DNA of 64,000 nucleotides, taken from positions 10,404,684 to 10,468,683 of the forward strand of contig NC_069003.1 in assembly GCF_001194135.2 (NCBI RefSeq), read 5' to 3'. This document shows, in pieces, positions 1 to 12,840 of the stretch. Source of the stretch: Octopus bimaculoides. Lineage: Eukaryota. The notes beneath the pieces are model-generated. The model was not told where the DNA came from. It did not search any database and saw only the letters and a program-made list of their open reading frames with translations. The translations under genes were made by a program, and so were the position numbers. The stretch's first letter is position 1. Every line of letters begins with the position of its first letter.

Positions 1-742
1 GACACAAAATTCCTATTTTAAAGATTATTTAAATTAAAATCTTCTGTCAAAACTTGGTGTTAATTTGTGTTCCAAAGCCCAGATTAACCATTTTCATACC
101 AACTCCCCTTGGTTCTCTGAGATAAACTTTTTGTTTTTAAAGTGATCTAAAGTAAAACTTTCCTTTCAATTATCATCATGCCCCAGGTGCTATGCAGTGG
201 GACTGAACTCAAAACCATATGTTTGGGAAGCAAGCTTCATAACCACACAGCCACTAAATTCATTATTTTCAAAATTAATTGAAACAAAAACAGTGTATTT
301 TCAAAAGAACTATGGTAACAAAAAGGTTAAACTGTGCTCTGAATTAAAATCCTTCACCAAAATTTCATGTTAACTTATGCTCCAAACACTAGCTCAGTAA
401 TGACAATTATTTTACTGAATTTTTCATTATTTTCATAATTAATTAAAACAAAGACTATGTATTTCAACTGGAATATGGTAAAAAGTAGGTTAATGAGATC
501 TGAATTAATAACCTCTCAGCAAAATTTCATGTTAATTTCTGTTCCAAATATTAACTTAATTAATGAGTTATTTTACTAAATTCTTTATTTTCAGAATTTA
601 TTGAAACAAAAGCAGTTTACTTCAAGAGAAATATGGTGACATGGTATTTAGAATATACTATATGTCTGTAGAATGCTCAACCGCCCACGTGCTATAAATA
701 GTTTTGTTGATTGTAACAACTGGAAAATTCATGTTTTTATCT

Positions 743-1114
743 TTTTGTTTCAGTCACTGTGGCCAAGCTGGGGCACTGCCTTGAAGAATTTTTAGTTGAA
801 TGAATCAACCCTGGTAGTACTTTTTTAAAGCCTGGTACTTATTCTATTGATCTCTGTTGCCAAACTGCTAGGTTATTGGACGTAAACACCAACACGAGTT
901 GTCAAGTGGTAGTGGTGGTATACGCACACACACACACCCACACATATGACAGGCTTCTTTCAATTTCCAACCACCAAATCCACCTGCCAGGCTTTGGTTG
1001 ACCCATGGCTATAGTAGAAGACACTTGCCCAAGGTGCCACACACAATGGAACTCAACCAAGAACCATGTGGTTGGGAAGCAAATTTTTTACCACTCAGCT
1101 ATGCGTGTGCCTAT
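743..1114 (-). mobile_element. tRNA-derived SINE, family A (decayed)
   Basis: Reverse complement of the GGCGCAGGAGTGGCTGTGTGGTAAG...GGTTCAGTCCC head family, with an internal (CA)n tract. Confidence 0.8.
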
Positions 1115-1139
1115 GGTAACAAAAAGTATTTCAAATATA

Positions 1140-1755
1140 CTAAACATCAGTGCCTTTACCAGGGGTGTAGCCAGCCCACTTATGCACACCTTTCCTTCTT
1201 TGGACACAAAACCCTGCTTGCGAAGACCTGTTGAGGCAAGTGAAATCGAAATCGAAAATTGAACCAAATCTGTTGACTGGCACCCATGCCAACCTTCCTT
1301 CATTGGACACTAAACTAAGCTTGCAAAGACCTGTTGGGGCAAGTGAGATCGAAACTGAACCAAATTCGATGACTGGCACCTGTGCCAGTGGAGTGCTAAC
1401 AGCACCATCCAAGCTGGATCACTGCCAGAGCAGCAGTCTCGCTTCACCTAACTGGCACTCGTACCGGTGGCATGTGAACAAAACATTGGACTGACTCCTG
1501 TGCAGGTGACACGTAAAAAAACAGCATTTGAGCGTGGCCATTGCCAGTACCGCCGGACTGGCTCTCATGCCTGTGGCACATAAAAGCATGCTCTACACTC
1601 TCGGAGTGGTTGGCATTAGGAAGGGCATCCAGCTGTAGAAACTCTGCCTGATCAGATTGGAGTCTGGTGTAGCCATTGGGTTCGCCAGTCCCCAGTCAAA
1701 TCATCCAACCCATGCTAGCATGGAAAACGGACGTTAAATGATGATGATGATGATG
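1140..1755 (+). mobile_element. Non-autonomous retroelement with RTE-like 3' tail ending in (GAT)n; two internal ~105-bp repeats
   Basis: Tail ccaacccatgctagcatggaaa.cggacgttaaa.gatgatgatg is shared with 9123-9285, 10800-11245(-), 34800-34895(-), 45990-46140(-), 49990-50143(-) and 59368-59530. Confidence 0.7.
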
Positions 1756-1914
1756 TCAGTGCATAGGTAGTTCTGTTGATTGTAACGACTGGAAAATCCA
1801 TAAGAATGAAAAAGAAAGAAAGAGAAGGTGCACATCTTGTATGTTTATAGACAAATGATTGGTAGACAGTAGCAGCAGAATTTTATATCCATTTTTCTGT
1901 GTTGATAGGGGCCT

Positions 1915-2640
1915 AATCCTTTAGCATTCAGATTACTCTGTCAAATGTAATGCTTATTTATTCACAGTTTTGAATTAATCATGCATTATCTCATAACTTC
2001 AAGAGTTTGACGTTGGTGATTGTTTATTTTTAGAATGACATTGTAGGGTAAGTGTGAGAGGTGAGATGTGGCCGGCTTCACCCTTTAGCATTCAGATCAT
2101 TCTGTCAAATGAAACACTTACTTATTCACATTTTTTATAATTAATTATGCATTATCTTGTTGCTTTGAGATTTCGATGATGTGATTGCTTACTTTCAGAA
2201 TGACATTGTAAGATAGGTGTGAAAAGCCTGATCTGGCTACTTTGAGCATAAAACAGGTAAAATATTTAGGCTAGACATGGTCAGTTTGAATGCTAAAACA
2301 TTGATCTTTAGTTTTTAAGTTACTCAGTGAAATGTAATTCTTATTTATTTACATTGTTTTGAATTAATCCTGCATTATCTTGAAGCTTGTGACTATTTCT
2401 TTTTAGAATGACATTGTAGGGTAAGTATGAGAAGTTGGATTTGGCTGGCTTGAACATAAAACAATATTTGGGTTGGATATGGCCAGTTTAAATGCTTATT
2501 TATTCACATTGTTTTTTTGTTTTTTTTAATTAATCATGCATTATCTTCTAGCTTCAAAACTTCAATGATGTGATTGTTTATTTTCAGAATGACATTGTAG
2601 GATATGCACGAGAAGCTGAATCTGTCCAGTTTGAACATAA
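1915..2640. repeat. Cluster of about 4 copies of a piggyBac-like MITE
   Basis: Repeated cctttagcattcagattactctgtcaaatg...tttttagaatgacattgtagggta units, homologous to the TTAA-flanked copy at 38171-38355. Confidence 0.65.
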
Positions 2641-3112
2641 TGCCTGGAAACAAATATGGACATTTAGAATAAACATATGAAAATGATTTGGACAGGCAAA
2701 GTCAAGGGAACTTCCTTCCATGTGCTAGTAATAGCAACCAAATTACCCTCAAATTGAGGCACTGTTCTGTTTTATGTGTTTATTTAATCCTTTACCTGTT
2801 GTGAGTATATCACGTGTGACACACATGACTTATTTCCCCGGTGTCCCTGCATCATATCTGATACACATTCTCTTTTTTGATTTTCTCAACCACCAGAATA
2901 TATCTTGGGACATATGGAAGCAAAGCTTTATATTATGCCTCCATAGCTTAGCAGTCTGACAAAAGACACTGAGAGAATAAGTACCAGACTTCAAAAAAAA
3001 GTGTAAGTACTGAGGTCAATTTGTTCAACTAAAACCATTCCAGGTGGTGCCCCAGCGTAGCAGCAGCTCATTGACTGAAACAAGGAAGAAAAAATGTAAG
3101 ATAAATTCACGA

Positions 3113-4001
3113 TACTTGCTTACCAACCACATGGTTCCGGGTTCAGTCCCACTGCGTGGCACCTTGGGCAAGTATCTTCTACTATAGCCTCAAGCCGACC
3201 AAAGCCTTGTGAGTGGATTTGGTAGACGGAAACTGAAAGAAGCCCGTCGTATATATGTATATTTGTGTGTCTGTGTTTGTCCCCCCAACATCGCTTGACC
3301 GATGCTGGTGTGTTTACGTCCCCGTAACTTAGCAGTTTGGCAAAAGAGACCGATAGAATAAGTACTAGGCTTCCAAAGAATAAGTTCTGGGGGGTCGATT
3401 TGCTCGACTAAAGGCGGTGCTTGAACATGGCCACAGTCAAATGACTGAAACAAGTAAAAGAGTAAAGAGATATGTAAGCCTTTATCTCCAGAATGGGAAA
3501 TAAACAATAAAATAATGTCAGCAATATCAAATGTATAATGTAAAACACATAACCAGGAAATTAGATGTTTCACTGCTACCCACTGACTCAAATTCTCAAT
3601 TAAATGATCTTTGATAGGCATAGGCGTGGCTGTTTGGTAAGAAGCTTGCTTCCTAACCACATGGTTTCGGGTTCAGTCCCATTGCATGGCACCTTGAGCA
3701 AGTGTCTTCTATTATAGCCTCAGGCTGACCAAAGCCTTGTGAGTGGATTTGGTAGACAGAAACTGAAAAGAAGCCCGTCATATATGTATGTGTATATTTG
3801 TGTGTCAGTGTTTGTCACCCTATCATCACTTGACAACTGATGTTGGTGTTTACATCCCTGTAACTTAGCGGTTCGGCAAAAGAGACTGATAGAATAAGTA
3901 CTAGGCTTATAAAGAATAAGTCCTTGGATCAAATTCTTCATCTAAAATACTTTAAGACAGTGCTCCAGTATGGCCGCAGTCAAATGACTGAAACAAATAA
4001 A
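3113..4001 (+). mobile_element. Two adjacent SINE family A copies (about 3113-3470 and 3616-4001)
   Basis: Both carry the B-box GGTTCAGTCCC, the caccttgggcaagtgtctt segment, an internal microsatellite and the gactgaaacaagtaaaag tail. Confidence 0.9.
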
Positions 4002-4229
4002 AATATATGGCCTCACTCTGACAGATTTGTAGTCGAGGCAGAGGACACCTCCAGCGTTTTTGGCCCCCAGACTACATCCCTGCTCTTTGAAATCAGAGTT
4101 GAGATGGTTATCTGCTAGTGCGATCCCTGTGAATCAGAGTGGCTGTTCCAGCAAGTTGGCCTCCAAAAGGGCAACTCCTTTACCATTATCCTCGTAAATG
4201 TTTAATTAATTTTTATTGTATTTGTTTAT

Positions 4230-4870
4230 TTGTTATAACGGATGACGTACTTATTAATAAAGTGAGCTTTATCTACAAGAAAAGAATAAAATAACGATAA
4301 AACAAAACTTGTTTTAAAATGTCTGGAAAGGAAACGACAGAATGATGGCGGCTGGAATGCCTTTAATTATAAGCATTAATGACTTGTAGGCACGTGATAT
4401 TTCGTTATGCAACCATAGTATACTATATAAAGTATATTAAATGCTTTTCTAAGTCAACACCACGTTCTACTGCGTTAGCAGTGCTCTTTACATCATTTTG
4501 CTAGGGTTATTTCTACAGAAATATTTGCCAGCACTGATTTTTTTTGCTACACCGTTTCGTATCGAGACTTCAGATGTAAACAAACATATGACGTCGCGAT
4601 ACGACACGTCGTAGCAAAAAGTTAGTTCTGGCTAATATTTCTGTAGAAATAACCTTGAAATAATTAAATTATAAGGTCTCATTTGGGGACTGTCCAGGGT
4701 CGAAACAAACAACTTTCTTTTTTCTGGCTTTTAATTAGCGTTCAGTATTCCTTGGGTATGAGAATAAGTACTATTAAATAATTCGCTTCAGAAACCTCAT
4801 GGTTTCTAGTTCAAAATCACACAGTAGCCTCGAGTTATGTCCCTTGACATATTGCCGAGTTATGCCCCTT
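4230..4870 (+). promoter_or_regulatory. CpG-retaining, promoter-like region upstream of the Vac8-like gene
   Basis: Many CpGs against a CpG-poor background. YY1-like ATGGCGGC at 4345-4352, E-box CACGTG at 4391-4396, CRE-like TGACGT at 4243-4248 and 4589-4594. TSS not demonstrable. Confidence 0.4.
4503..4656. mobile_element. MITE-like element with about 35-bp terminal inverted repeats
   Basis: gggttatttctacagaaatatttgccagcactg pairs with ttagttctggctaatatttctgtagaaataacct; inner arms tttttgctac/gtagcaaaaa. Confidence 0.7.
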
Positions 4871-5118
4871 CTCGAAAAGAAACTATAAATTAGCCATTTT
4901 TATGACTTTGGTTCGATGCTATAATTACCAGGTTTGGTGTATTGAACTAAAAACTCTTGAAGACGATAGCCTCTTGTATTATGTGTTTAAGTTGGTTTCC
5001 TTGTTTTATTAAATGCTGATGTCATTTCTGTTGTATTGTTTTTTATCAAATTATATTGACTGTCTGTGTAATAAACTAAAATCTTTTATTTGTAATTTTT
5101 AATATTTCAGAAGAGATC

Positions 5119-5139
5119 ATGTTTGATCAAGAAATTGAG
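5119..5139 (+). CDS. Candidate alternative first coding exon of the Vac8-like gene (MFDQEIE)
   Basis: Acceptor aatatttcag|5111, ATG at 5119, donor GAG|gtgcgt at 5139/5140. Phase 0, so it joins in frame to the exon at 22309. No homology support. Confidence 0.3.
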
Positions 5140-5292
5140 GTGCGTATATACATTTATGAGCGGCTGTTTATATATGCGTGAGTGTGTTATACATAAATGT
5201 CTCCCAAAATGTATATCTATGTGTGTATGTATGTATATATGTGTATATCAGACTCTCTCTCATATATGTGTGTGTGTATATATATATATATA

Positions 5293-5335
<43 letters not shown>

Positions 5336-5338
5336 ATA

Positions 5339-5672
5339 TAGGCGCAGGCGTGGCTGTGAGGTAAGGCATTTGCTTCCCAACCACATGGTTCCGGGTTCAG
5401 TCCCACTGTGTGGCACCTTGGGCAGGTGTTTTCTTCTCTAGCCTTGTGGGTGGATTTAGTTGATGGAAACTGAAAGAAGTCCAATGAGTGTTTGTGCTTG
5501 TTGCCCCACCATCGCTTGACAACTGATGTCATTGTATTTACATACCCGTAATTTAGTGGTTCAGCAAAAGAGACTGATAGAAGAAGTACTAGGCTTACAA
5601 AGAATAAGTCCTGGGGTCAATTCATTCGACTAGAGGCAGTGCTCCAGCATGGAAGCAGTAAAAGAATAAAAG
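5339..5672 (+). mobile_element. SINE family A
   Basis: Head aggcgcaggcgtggctgtgaggtaag, B-box ggttcagtccc. Confidence 0.88.
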
Positions 5673-5817
5673 AATGTGAATATGAGCAAATCTAGAAGTT
5701 GATTCATAAATTATCTAATTACATTCTATTGAAGATAATGACCAAATTATATAATCCAACTTAGATAAGTGTTCTAGTTCTTGACCTCGTCAGACACACA
5801 CATACGCATGCATAATA

Positions 5818-6363
5818 CAGGGTAATTTAAAGTTTAATAATGACCCACTGTTACAGGTGCACCTACCTCGACATGCTGTTCATTTGGTCAGAAGAAAACG
5901 TACCTGACTTCACCATGCAGCAAGGCAAGGACCTGCTACATTAGCATAGACGCATACATGATTACGTCCAACCAGCATCTTCCAGAACACTGTTGTTCTG
6001 TTGAGGTGAATGATTTGCCACATAGGGTCTGCACCAGGTTCCCTCATCTTACACCTTGCAACTTTTCTCTTTGTGGGTATCTGAAACACAAGGTGTTCAT
6101 GCCCTCACTTCTACAGAACTTAGAGTTAAAGTAGCAGATAGGTGAGATAGTTGATTCAGTAGATCAGGCTAAGCTAGCACAGGTGTAGTAATAACTACCC
6201 TATCATGTAGACGTCTGCTGTGTGATTGTCATTGAACATCTGTGACTGTCAGTAAACACTTGAAGAGTCATCCTTTCATGTTACATCTGTATTTTAGCAA
6301 TATATGCATTACGACACTCGCATGTAAGGTTTCTTTTTGTATCATTCATTTTGAATTACCCTG
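5818..6363 (+). mobile_element. Internally deleted Tc1/mariner transposon
   Basis: TA-flanked TIRs CAGGGTAATTTAAA / TTTGAATTACCCTG. Decayed transposase motifs YLDML and RSPxLTPCxFxLWGYLKHKV. Confidence 0.8.
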
Positions 6364-6659
6364 TATATCAGTTTTAACCACTGTTTTTCCAAATTTTCAC
6401 AGGTCAAACGAGCGCATGCTGGAACACAGTTTCAACAACCAGATCTTGTTACATTCTTACGTCTGTTTCAAGCGCAGTAATAATTTCAGTCTATCAAACA
6501 ACATACATATATATATTGAAAGGTACAGTATAATATATCCATTATGAAAGATTTTACCAATCAGTTTCGCACTAAGGATTCAATGGAGTGTTAGGTAACA
6601 GTCCAGTTATGTAACCCTGTACTCATCAGAGGTAACCATTATGGAATGAATAAAATACA

Positions 6660-6840
6660 CACACGAGGTGATGCTGAAAAGTTACTTCCTTTGCTTAAAA
6701 GAAAATACAGGAGGATCAGTTAATTATGATTTTATTTAACATATTCCCCTCTTAGATTCACACACTTATTGCAGCAATCATTCAGTTTTTCCAAGCTCTG
6801 CAAAAGAACTCAGAAAGTTGGGCCTCCAACCAGGCCTTTT
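6660..6840 (-). mobile_element. Mariner 3' end fragment
   Basis: acgaggtgatgctgaaaagt TIR-like end. The reverse strand reads NKCVNLRGEY, a mariner C-terminal motif. Confidence 0.55.
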
Positions 6841-6961
6841 GCAATATCACCTCCTGGAAGAAGGATTGATCAATATAGGACAAGCCTAGGGTACCAAATA
6901 TACTGTCACTTGCCCTGGCATCTGTACTCATGGAAAATAAGCAATTAATTTAATGAACAGT

Positions 6962-7190
6962 TCTTATTTCTTTACTGCCCACAAGGGGCTACACACAGAG
7001 GAGACAAGCAAGGACAGACAAACGGATTAAGTCGATTATATCTACCCCAATGCGTAACTGGTACTTATTTAATCGATGAAAGGCAAAGTCGACCTCAGCG
7101 GAATTTGAACTCTGAACGTAGCAGCATACGAAATACTGCTAAGCATTTCGCCTGGCATGCTATCGTTTCTGCCAGCTCGCTGCCTTTTAA
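6962..7190 (-). mobile_element. SINE family B (head aaggcggcgagctggcagaa)
   Basis: Reverse complement of the family B head with B-box gagttcaaattcc and core gaggtcgactttgcctttcatc. Other single copies at about 15600-15785, 23870-24075 and 47979-48330. Confidence 0.85.
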
Positions 7191-7413
7191 TTTAATGAAC
7201 AGTTCTAAAGAAGAAAGATAAGGTTACAACCCCTAAAATTAAAATTTAATGAAAAATAGTCCCTGTTCTTTGAAAGAAACTTCACCAAGTAGTGCTTCAT
7301 ATACTTGATACTTTGCAGTTATTTCTAGCATTTTGAGGGGCCACAGTGAAGCTTCACCCTTCACCTATGCAGTGTGTGATTAAAATCTATAGCTGTTGCC
7401 TTCATCTTGTTGA

Positions 7414-7779
7414 GCGGCGGCGCAATGGCCCAGTGGTTAGGGCAGCGGACTTGCGGTTATAGGATCGCGGTTCCGATTCCCAGACCGGGCGTTGTGAGTG
7501 TTTATTGAGCGAAAACACCTAAGCTGCACGAAGCTCCGGCAGGAGATGGTGGCGAACCCTGCTGTACTCTTTCACTCTTACTTCCTGTTTCTGTTGTGCC
7601 TGTAATTCAAAGGGTCAGCCTTGTCGCACTGTGTCACGCTGAATATCCCCGAGAACTACGTTAAGAGTACATGTGTCTGTGGAGTGCTCAGCCACTTGCA
7701 CGTTAATTTCACAAGCAGGCTGTTCCGTTGATTGGGTCAACTGGGACCCTCGACGTCGTAAGCGATGGAGTGTCAGCAG
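7414..7779 (+). mobile_element. tRNA-derived SINE family C, with TSD
   Basis: Head ggcgcaatggcccagtggttagggcagcgg. 11-bp TSD catcttgttga at 7403-7413 and 7780-7790. Confidence 0.92.
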
Positions 7780-9329
7780 CATCTTGTTGAACACGTAAGA
7801 AAGAGTGAAGGATAAAAGGCTGACACAGTTAATTCCCTTAGACCTTTATTCCCTTATTACATAAACAGCGAGCATTCTCTTGCATTGACATGTAAACAAG
7901 CACACACACATACATACACACTTTCTCTCCTTCCCCTCTCCCTCTCTCTATCCCCCTTCTTCTCCATGTAATCTGCCACTAATGGAGGTACTGAGGCACA
8001 GACACATTCACCCACTGACACACATACGTAGGTACTCACTCATACACACATAGACACACTTGCATCCGGCTAAAATAAAGCACATATAGACACATACGTA
8101 CATACTGATAAACATATAACCACGTATATACACATGAAGTAGCGCACACGCACACACACGTTCTGTTATATCAATGGTGACTTTGTTTTAAAGATATTCC
8201 AAGTCATTGACATTATTTGGAGAAAGATGACGGAGGAGCTGGGGACAAACAGACAGATAGATGCATGAACAGGCTGACGTATAGACAGACACGCTCAAAC
8301 ATCTATGTAGACCCGTGCACACACACAGACAAACACGCATATATATAGACAAACACCCAGACACACACATAGACAATGATGCATAAGTTGACAAACATAC
8401 ATACAGATACACATACGCATACACACACAGACAGGCAAACACACACCCATATAGAGGGAGACACACACAAGCATAGAGATATACACACACACACACATAG
8501 ACTGACATACACACACATAAACTGACATACACACAGACAGACATGGTGACGCACACACACACACATGCTCACACAGAAATAATCAAATTAATTATCTTAG
8601 AACCATTTCGTGTTTGACAAAAAGATAAATAAATAAATGAACACAAGCCTCAACTCCTTGTGAGTTCATGGTCCTTGTTATCTCTGTGTTATCATCTCTG
8701 TTGTTGTTGTTATCAGGTCAACTTGTTGGTTTGTCTCCTCTACACCACCACCTACTTCACCACTGTACCTGTAATGTGATTGCGAAATGGGTTTTGGTTA
8801 ATATTGTACTTCTATATCTGTACTACTGCAGCCCTCTCTTGATGATTTTGTCTGTCCCTCCCCCTAACCTCCTTCTCTTTGCCTTCCCCCATATAAATAT
8901 ACGTGTGCAAGCACGCACACACACACACACATATATATTTATCTACATATATATATATACACATATAGGTGTACATACAAACATACACATATAGGTGTAC
9001 ATACAAACATACACACACTCATATATACATACATACATATATGCCTATATATACATAATTCATACACACAATGTATGCAAGTAAACATACATACATGCAC
9101 ATATATATATATATATATATACTACACTCTCAGAGTGGTTGGCGTTAGGAAGAGTATCCAGCTGTAGAAACTCTGCCAAATCAGATTGGAGCCTGGTGTT
9201 GCCATCCGGTTTCACCAGTCCTCAGTCAAATCGTCCAACCCATGCTAGCATGGAAAGCGGACGTTAAACGACGATGATGATGATAATATATATATATATG
9301 AAAAAATGATAAACACAACATGCAGTTTG

Positions 9330-9880
9330 TACAGTTGTTCCCTATGCATGTTTCGACATTGTGGCAGTTTATATCCTCTGCTGTTCATAGTGCAACTGAA
9401 TGCAGTTTCACAACAGTTCTTCAGAGGAACACTTTCATCTGAAATAACAGTGATTTGCATATTCATGTTAAATTCTGCTGGAACATATTAAGATGCACAC
9501 ATCAGTAAATAATTTGCTAGCTGAATTTATAAACAAGAACCAGGAGCTCTTCTTAGATTTATTAATCTGGAGAAGCATTGACTGAGGAGACAGAACAATG
9601 TCAAAACACCAGATGTTCCAAAGATCCTTTACACTAATGAGCAAAGTGTAATGAATGCACATTCAGCTGAAAGGAAAAGTTATTCTCCAGTGATGAAATA
9701 TAACAGCAATTATCACATTGATGTCCCAATCTGCCTGAAATGTATCGAGAATGAATACACGAGCCAGCATTCCGAGTCTTGCTGTTCCCTGTGCATACAA
9801 GCAGATGATTTGTTAATTTCTACAACCGGTCCACACCTCTACTTCACCCGACCTCATACCTGGATGAATTACCTCCCTTC
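9330..9880 (-). pseudogene. Highly decayed LINE reverse-transcriptase fragment (CR1/L2/Jockey-like)
   Basis: Minus strand reads VKDLW..FD..LS..S...INKSKKS.WFLF...HEYA, resembling VKDLG..FD..LSF..HI....KA....GF...LEYA, with stops. Confidence 0.4.
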
Positions 9881-9959
9881 ATGAAACAGTGCCACACTTT
9901 TAATCACTTGGCTTTGACTCACCGGTGCCATTAATTGCACTTAAATAACCAATACTTTA

Positions 9960-10415
9960 TCACACTTCCCACACCAAGCTACCACCACCACTGCTACTAC
10001 TACTACCACCTCTACAGCTTCTGCTACTACCACCATCACCACAACTATTACTACCACCACCACCACTATTCTTACTGTACCACCACCACCACTACTACTA
10101 CTACCACCACCACCACCACTACTATTACCACTACCACCACTACAACTACTACCACCACCACCACTACAACTACTACCACTACTATACCACCACCACTACA
10201 ACTACCACCACCACTACTTCCACCACCACCACCACCACTACTACCACCACCACCACTACTACCACCACCACCACCACTACAACTACTACCACTACTACTA
10301 CTACCACCACCACCACTACTATTGTTTTATTGTCACCACTACTACAATGACAACCACCACTACTTCTATTACTATTATCACCACTGCCACCACCACCACC
10401 ACCACTACTACTGTT
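9960..10415. repeat. (ACC/ACT)n trinucleotide tract
   Basis: Direct; it is the source of the poly-Thr/His/Pro pseudo-ORF. Confidence 0.95.
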
Positions 10416-11239
10416 AGCTAGCTGGTTGGTACATTACCTTTTGCTATTAGCTCTATTAACTAGCAATTAGTAGCTAGCTATCAACTAAACCAGTGGCTCA
10501 CTTGCACTCACCTTCATTGCTTCTGTCACCAGCAGAAACCCAATGAGTCAGTCTCTATGTGGAGGTTTTGCTTGCTAGAAATAGTAGCCAAAATCTCCAA
10601 AATGATACTCTTACCATGTTAAAAATAAGATGGAAGGACACGTTAGACTAGCCAATGTAGTTTTTGATATATAATAAGACAGGGAGGTCATGGCCAGAGT
10701 GTTTTTGTTTTTTTTTTTTGCTCATAGGGTTGATCATTAAGGACAGAGTTGAGGCTAAATACATGCCACACAAACAACAATAACAACAACAACACCTACA
10801 ATCATCATCATCATCATCATCGTCATTTAACGTCCGCTTTCCATGCCAGCATGGGTTGGACAATTTGACTGAGGACTGGTGGAACCCGAAGGCTACACCA
10901 GGCTCCAATCTGATTTGGCAGAGTTTCTACAGCTGGATGCCCTTCCTAATGCCAACCACTCCGAGAGTGTAGTAGGTGCTTTTACGTGTCACCGGCACGA
11001 AGGCCAGTCAGGCGATACTGGCAACAGCCACGCTCAAATGGTGTTTTTTAACTGCCACCCGCACAAGAGCCAATCTAGGGGCACTGGCAACGATCTCGCT
11101 CGAAAGTCCTTACGTATGCCACGGGCACAGGTGCCATCCCGATTTCACTTTCGCTTGCCCCAATAAGTCTTCTCAAGCTGAGTTTCATGTCCGATGAAGA
11201 AGACGACGTTGGCATGAGTGCCAGACGTCAAATTTAACT

Positions 11240-12160
11240 CGATTTCGATAATAACTATCATTATTGGAATCACTGCCATGACCACCACCCTCTATGCTAT
11301 CATCACAACCACTGCTTCCCTAAGATTACCACCACCTCCACAAGACTCCGCCACCACCACCACTACTGCAACTATTGCCCGCTACTACCTACACTACAAC
11401 GTCCTGAGACGATCACCACTCCCATTACTACTACTGCCACCAACACTGCAACTGTTGGCCACCACTAGCATTACTACAACCACCACCCAAGACTAACATC
11501 ACTTTCAAAACTACTACCACCACCTCTACCACTACCAACACTACAACCATCACTTCTTTCACAGACACTAGCCACCACTGCCATAACTTACTAGTACTAC
11601 TAATACTACTACCACCATAACCACCGCAATCAACCGTCATGACCATCAACACCATCTGTACTACTGTCATTACTACAGCCCAACTTTAGTACCACCACCA
11701 CTACCATTCAGTGCTACCTTCATTACTTTCAGTATCATCATCAAAACAGCTACCATTACAACTACTATCTCTGTCACTATCACCACTACCACTATCACCA
11801 CCACTACCACTATCACCACCACCACCACTATCACCACCACCACCATCGCCACCACCACCGCTAACACAACTACCACCAACACCACTTTCATCATCACTGT
11901 CACAACCACCACCAAAACTGCAACCACCACTACCATTACAACAGTCATCACCTCTACGACTTTCACTATCACCACCACAACCCCTGCTATCACCATCAGC
12001 ACCACTATCACAAACACCACCACCTCCACCGGCACCATTATTGTCATTACCGTCACTACTACTACTACCATCCAGTAGTACCACCACCACCACCACCGCC
12101 AGCTCTACCACTATCACTACCACCCAGTACTACCACCACCACCATTACACTGTGTTCCCC
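11240..12160. repeat. Long degenerate (ACC/ACT/ATC)n tract
   Basis: Direct; lies immediately upstream of the exon at 12174-12250. Confidence 0.95.
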
Positions 12161-12211
12161 ACCTAATCAACAGTACCTTGACTGAGACAGTCACCTTAAC
12201 ATTGTCAAGAC

Positions 12212-12250
12212 ATGGAACAACGACGAAAGACCTGTGCAGAACTTTTCGAG
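12212..12250 (+). CDS. VAC8-like: Probable first coding exon of the Vac8-like gene (MEQRRKTCAELFE)
   Basis: Unique-sequence island after a long (ACC/ACT)n tract. ATG at 12212 with an upstream in-frame TAA, donor ttcgag|gtatga. 39 nt, phase 0, matching the exon at 22309. Confidence 0.5.
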
Positions 12251-12840
12251 GTATGAAAACATTTCTCATTTGTTTTTTAATTGAAGTTTATTAATTTAAA
12301 CATAAGTGATGTTACTGTCATTCATTAATCAGCATGTACACACACACACACACTTTTTTACACATATAGGTGTGTGTGTGTGTATATATTTATTGTGTAT
12401 TGTTTATCAGTATAAACATGTTTGTGTGTTGTTTATTAATGTGCTCACACACAGACACACACTTTTATATAAACAATAAATTATACACACACACATATAT
12501 CTGCTAATTAATATTTATACGTATTAGTAAAGAGTATATATATAATACAAATAATATGTGAGTATATGTATATATACGTACATGTATGTACAAATTTACA
12601 TCTACATGTATATATAGATGCACAGGACGTCATAAAAAAATGTGGAGAAAATGATAAACAGAGCACAATATATATGTGTGTGTGTGTGTGTAGAATATGT
12701 GGGGTTTAGTTCACTTGTGATCAAAATGAATAGGTACGCTGAATAAGTGCCATAGTTAGTCATCTGTTAGGTTCTAAGTTCACACCTGAGGCTGGATCTA
12801 GGGATTCGTATTAGGGTTCTGTTATAGCAGGTATATATTA

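Noticed and set aside
3190-3660. 156-aa ORF and similar ORFs at 14246-14521 and 21258-21653
   Set aside because: Read-through of SINE family A; near-identical peptides recur wherever the SINE does.
7414-7490. tRNA-like sequences with A and B boxes
   Set aside because: They are SINE heads continuing into repeat bodies with TSDs; no complete cloverleaf with an acceptor stem.
9935-12166. Poly-Thr/Pro/His/Val ORFs resembling mucin or extensin
   Set aside because: Translations of trinucleotide tracts, open on both strands, with no splice or homology support. The same applies to 28376-28996, 29740-30349, 37092-37553 and 58354-59067.
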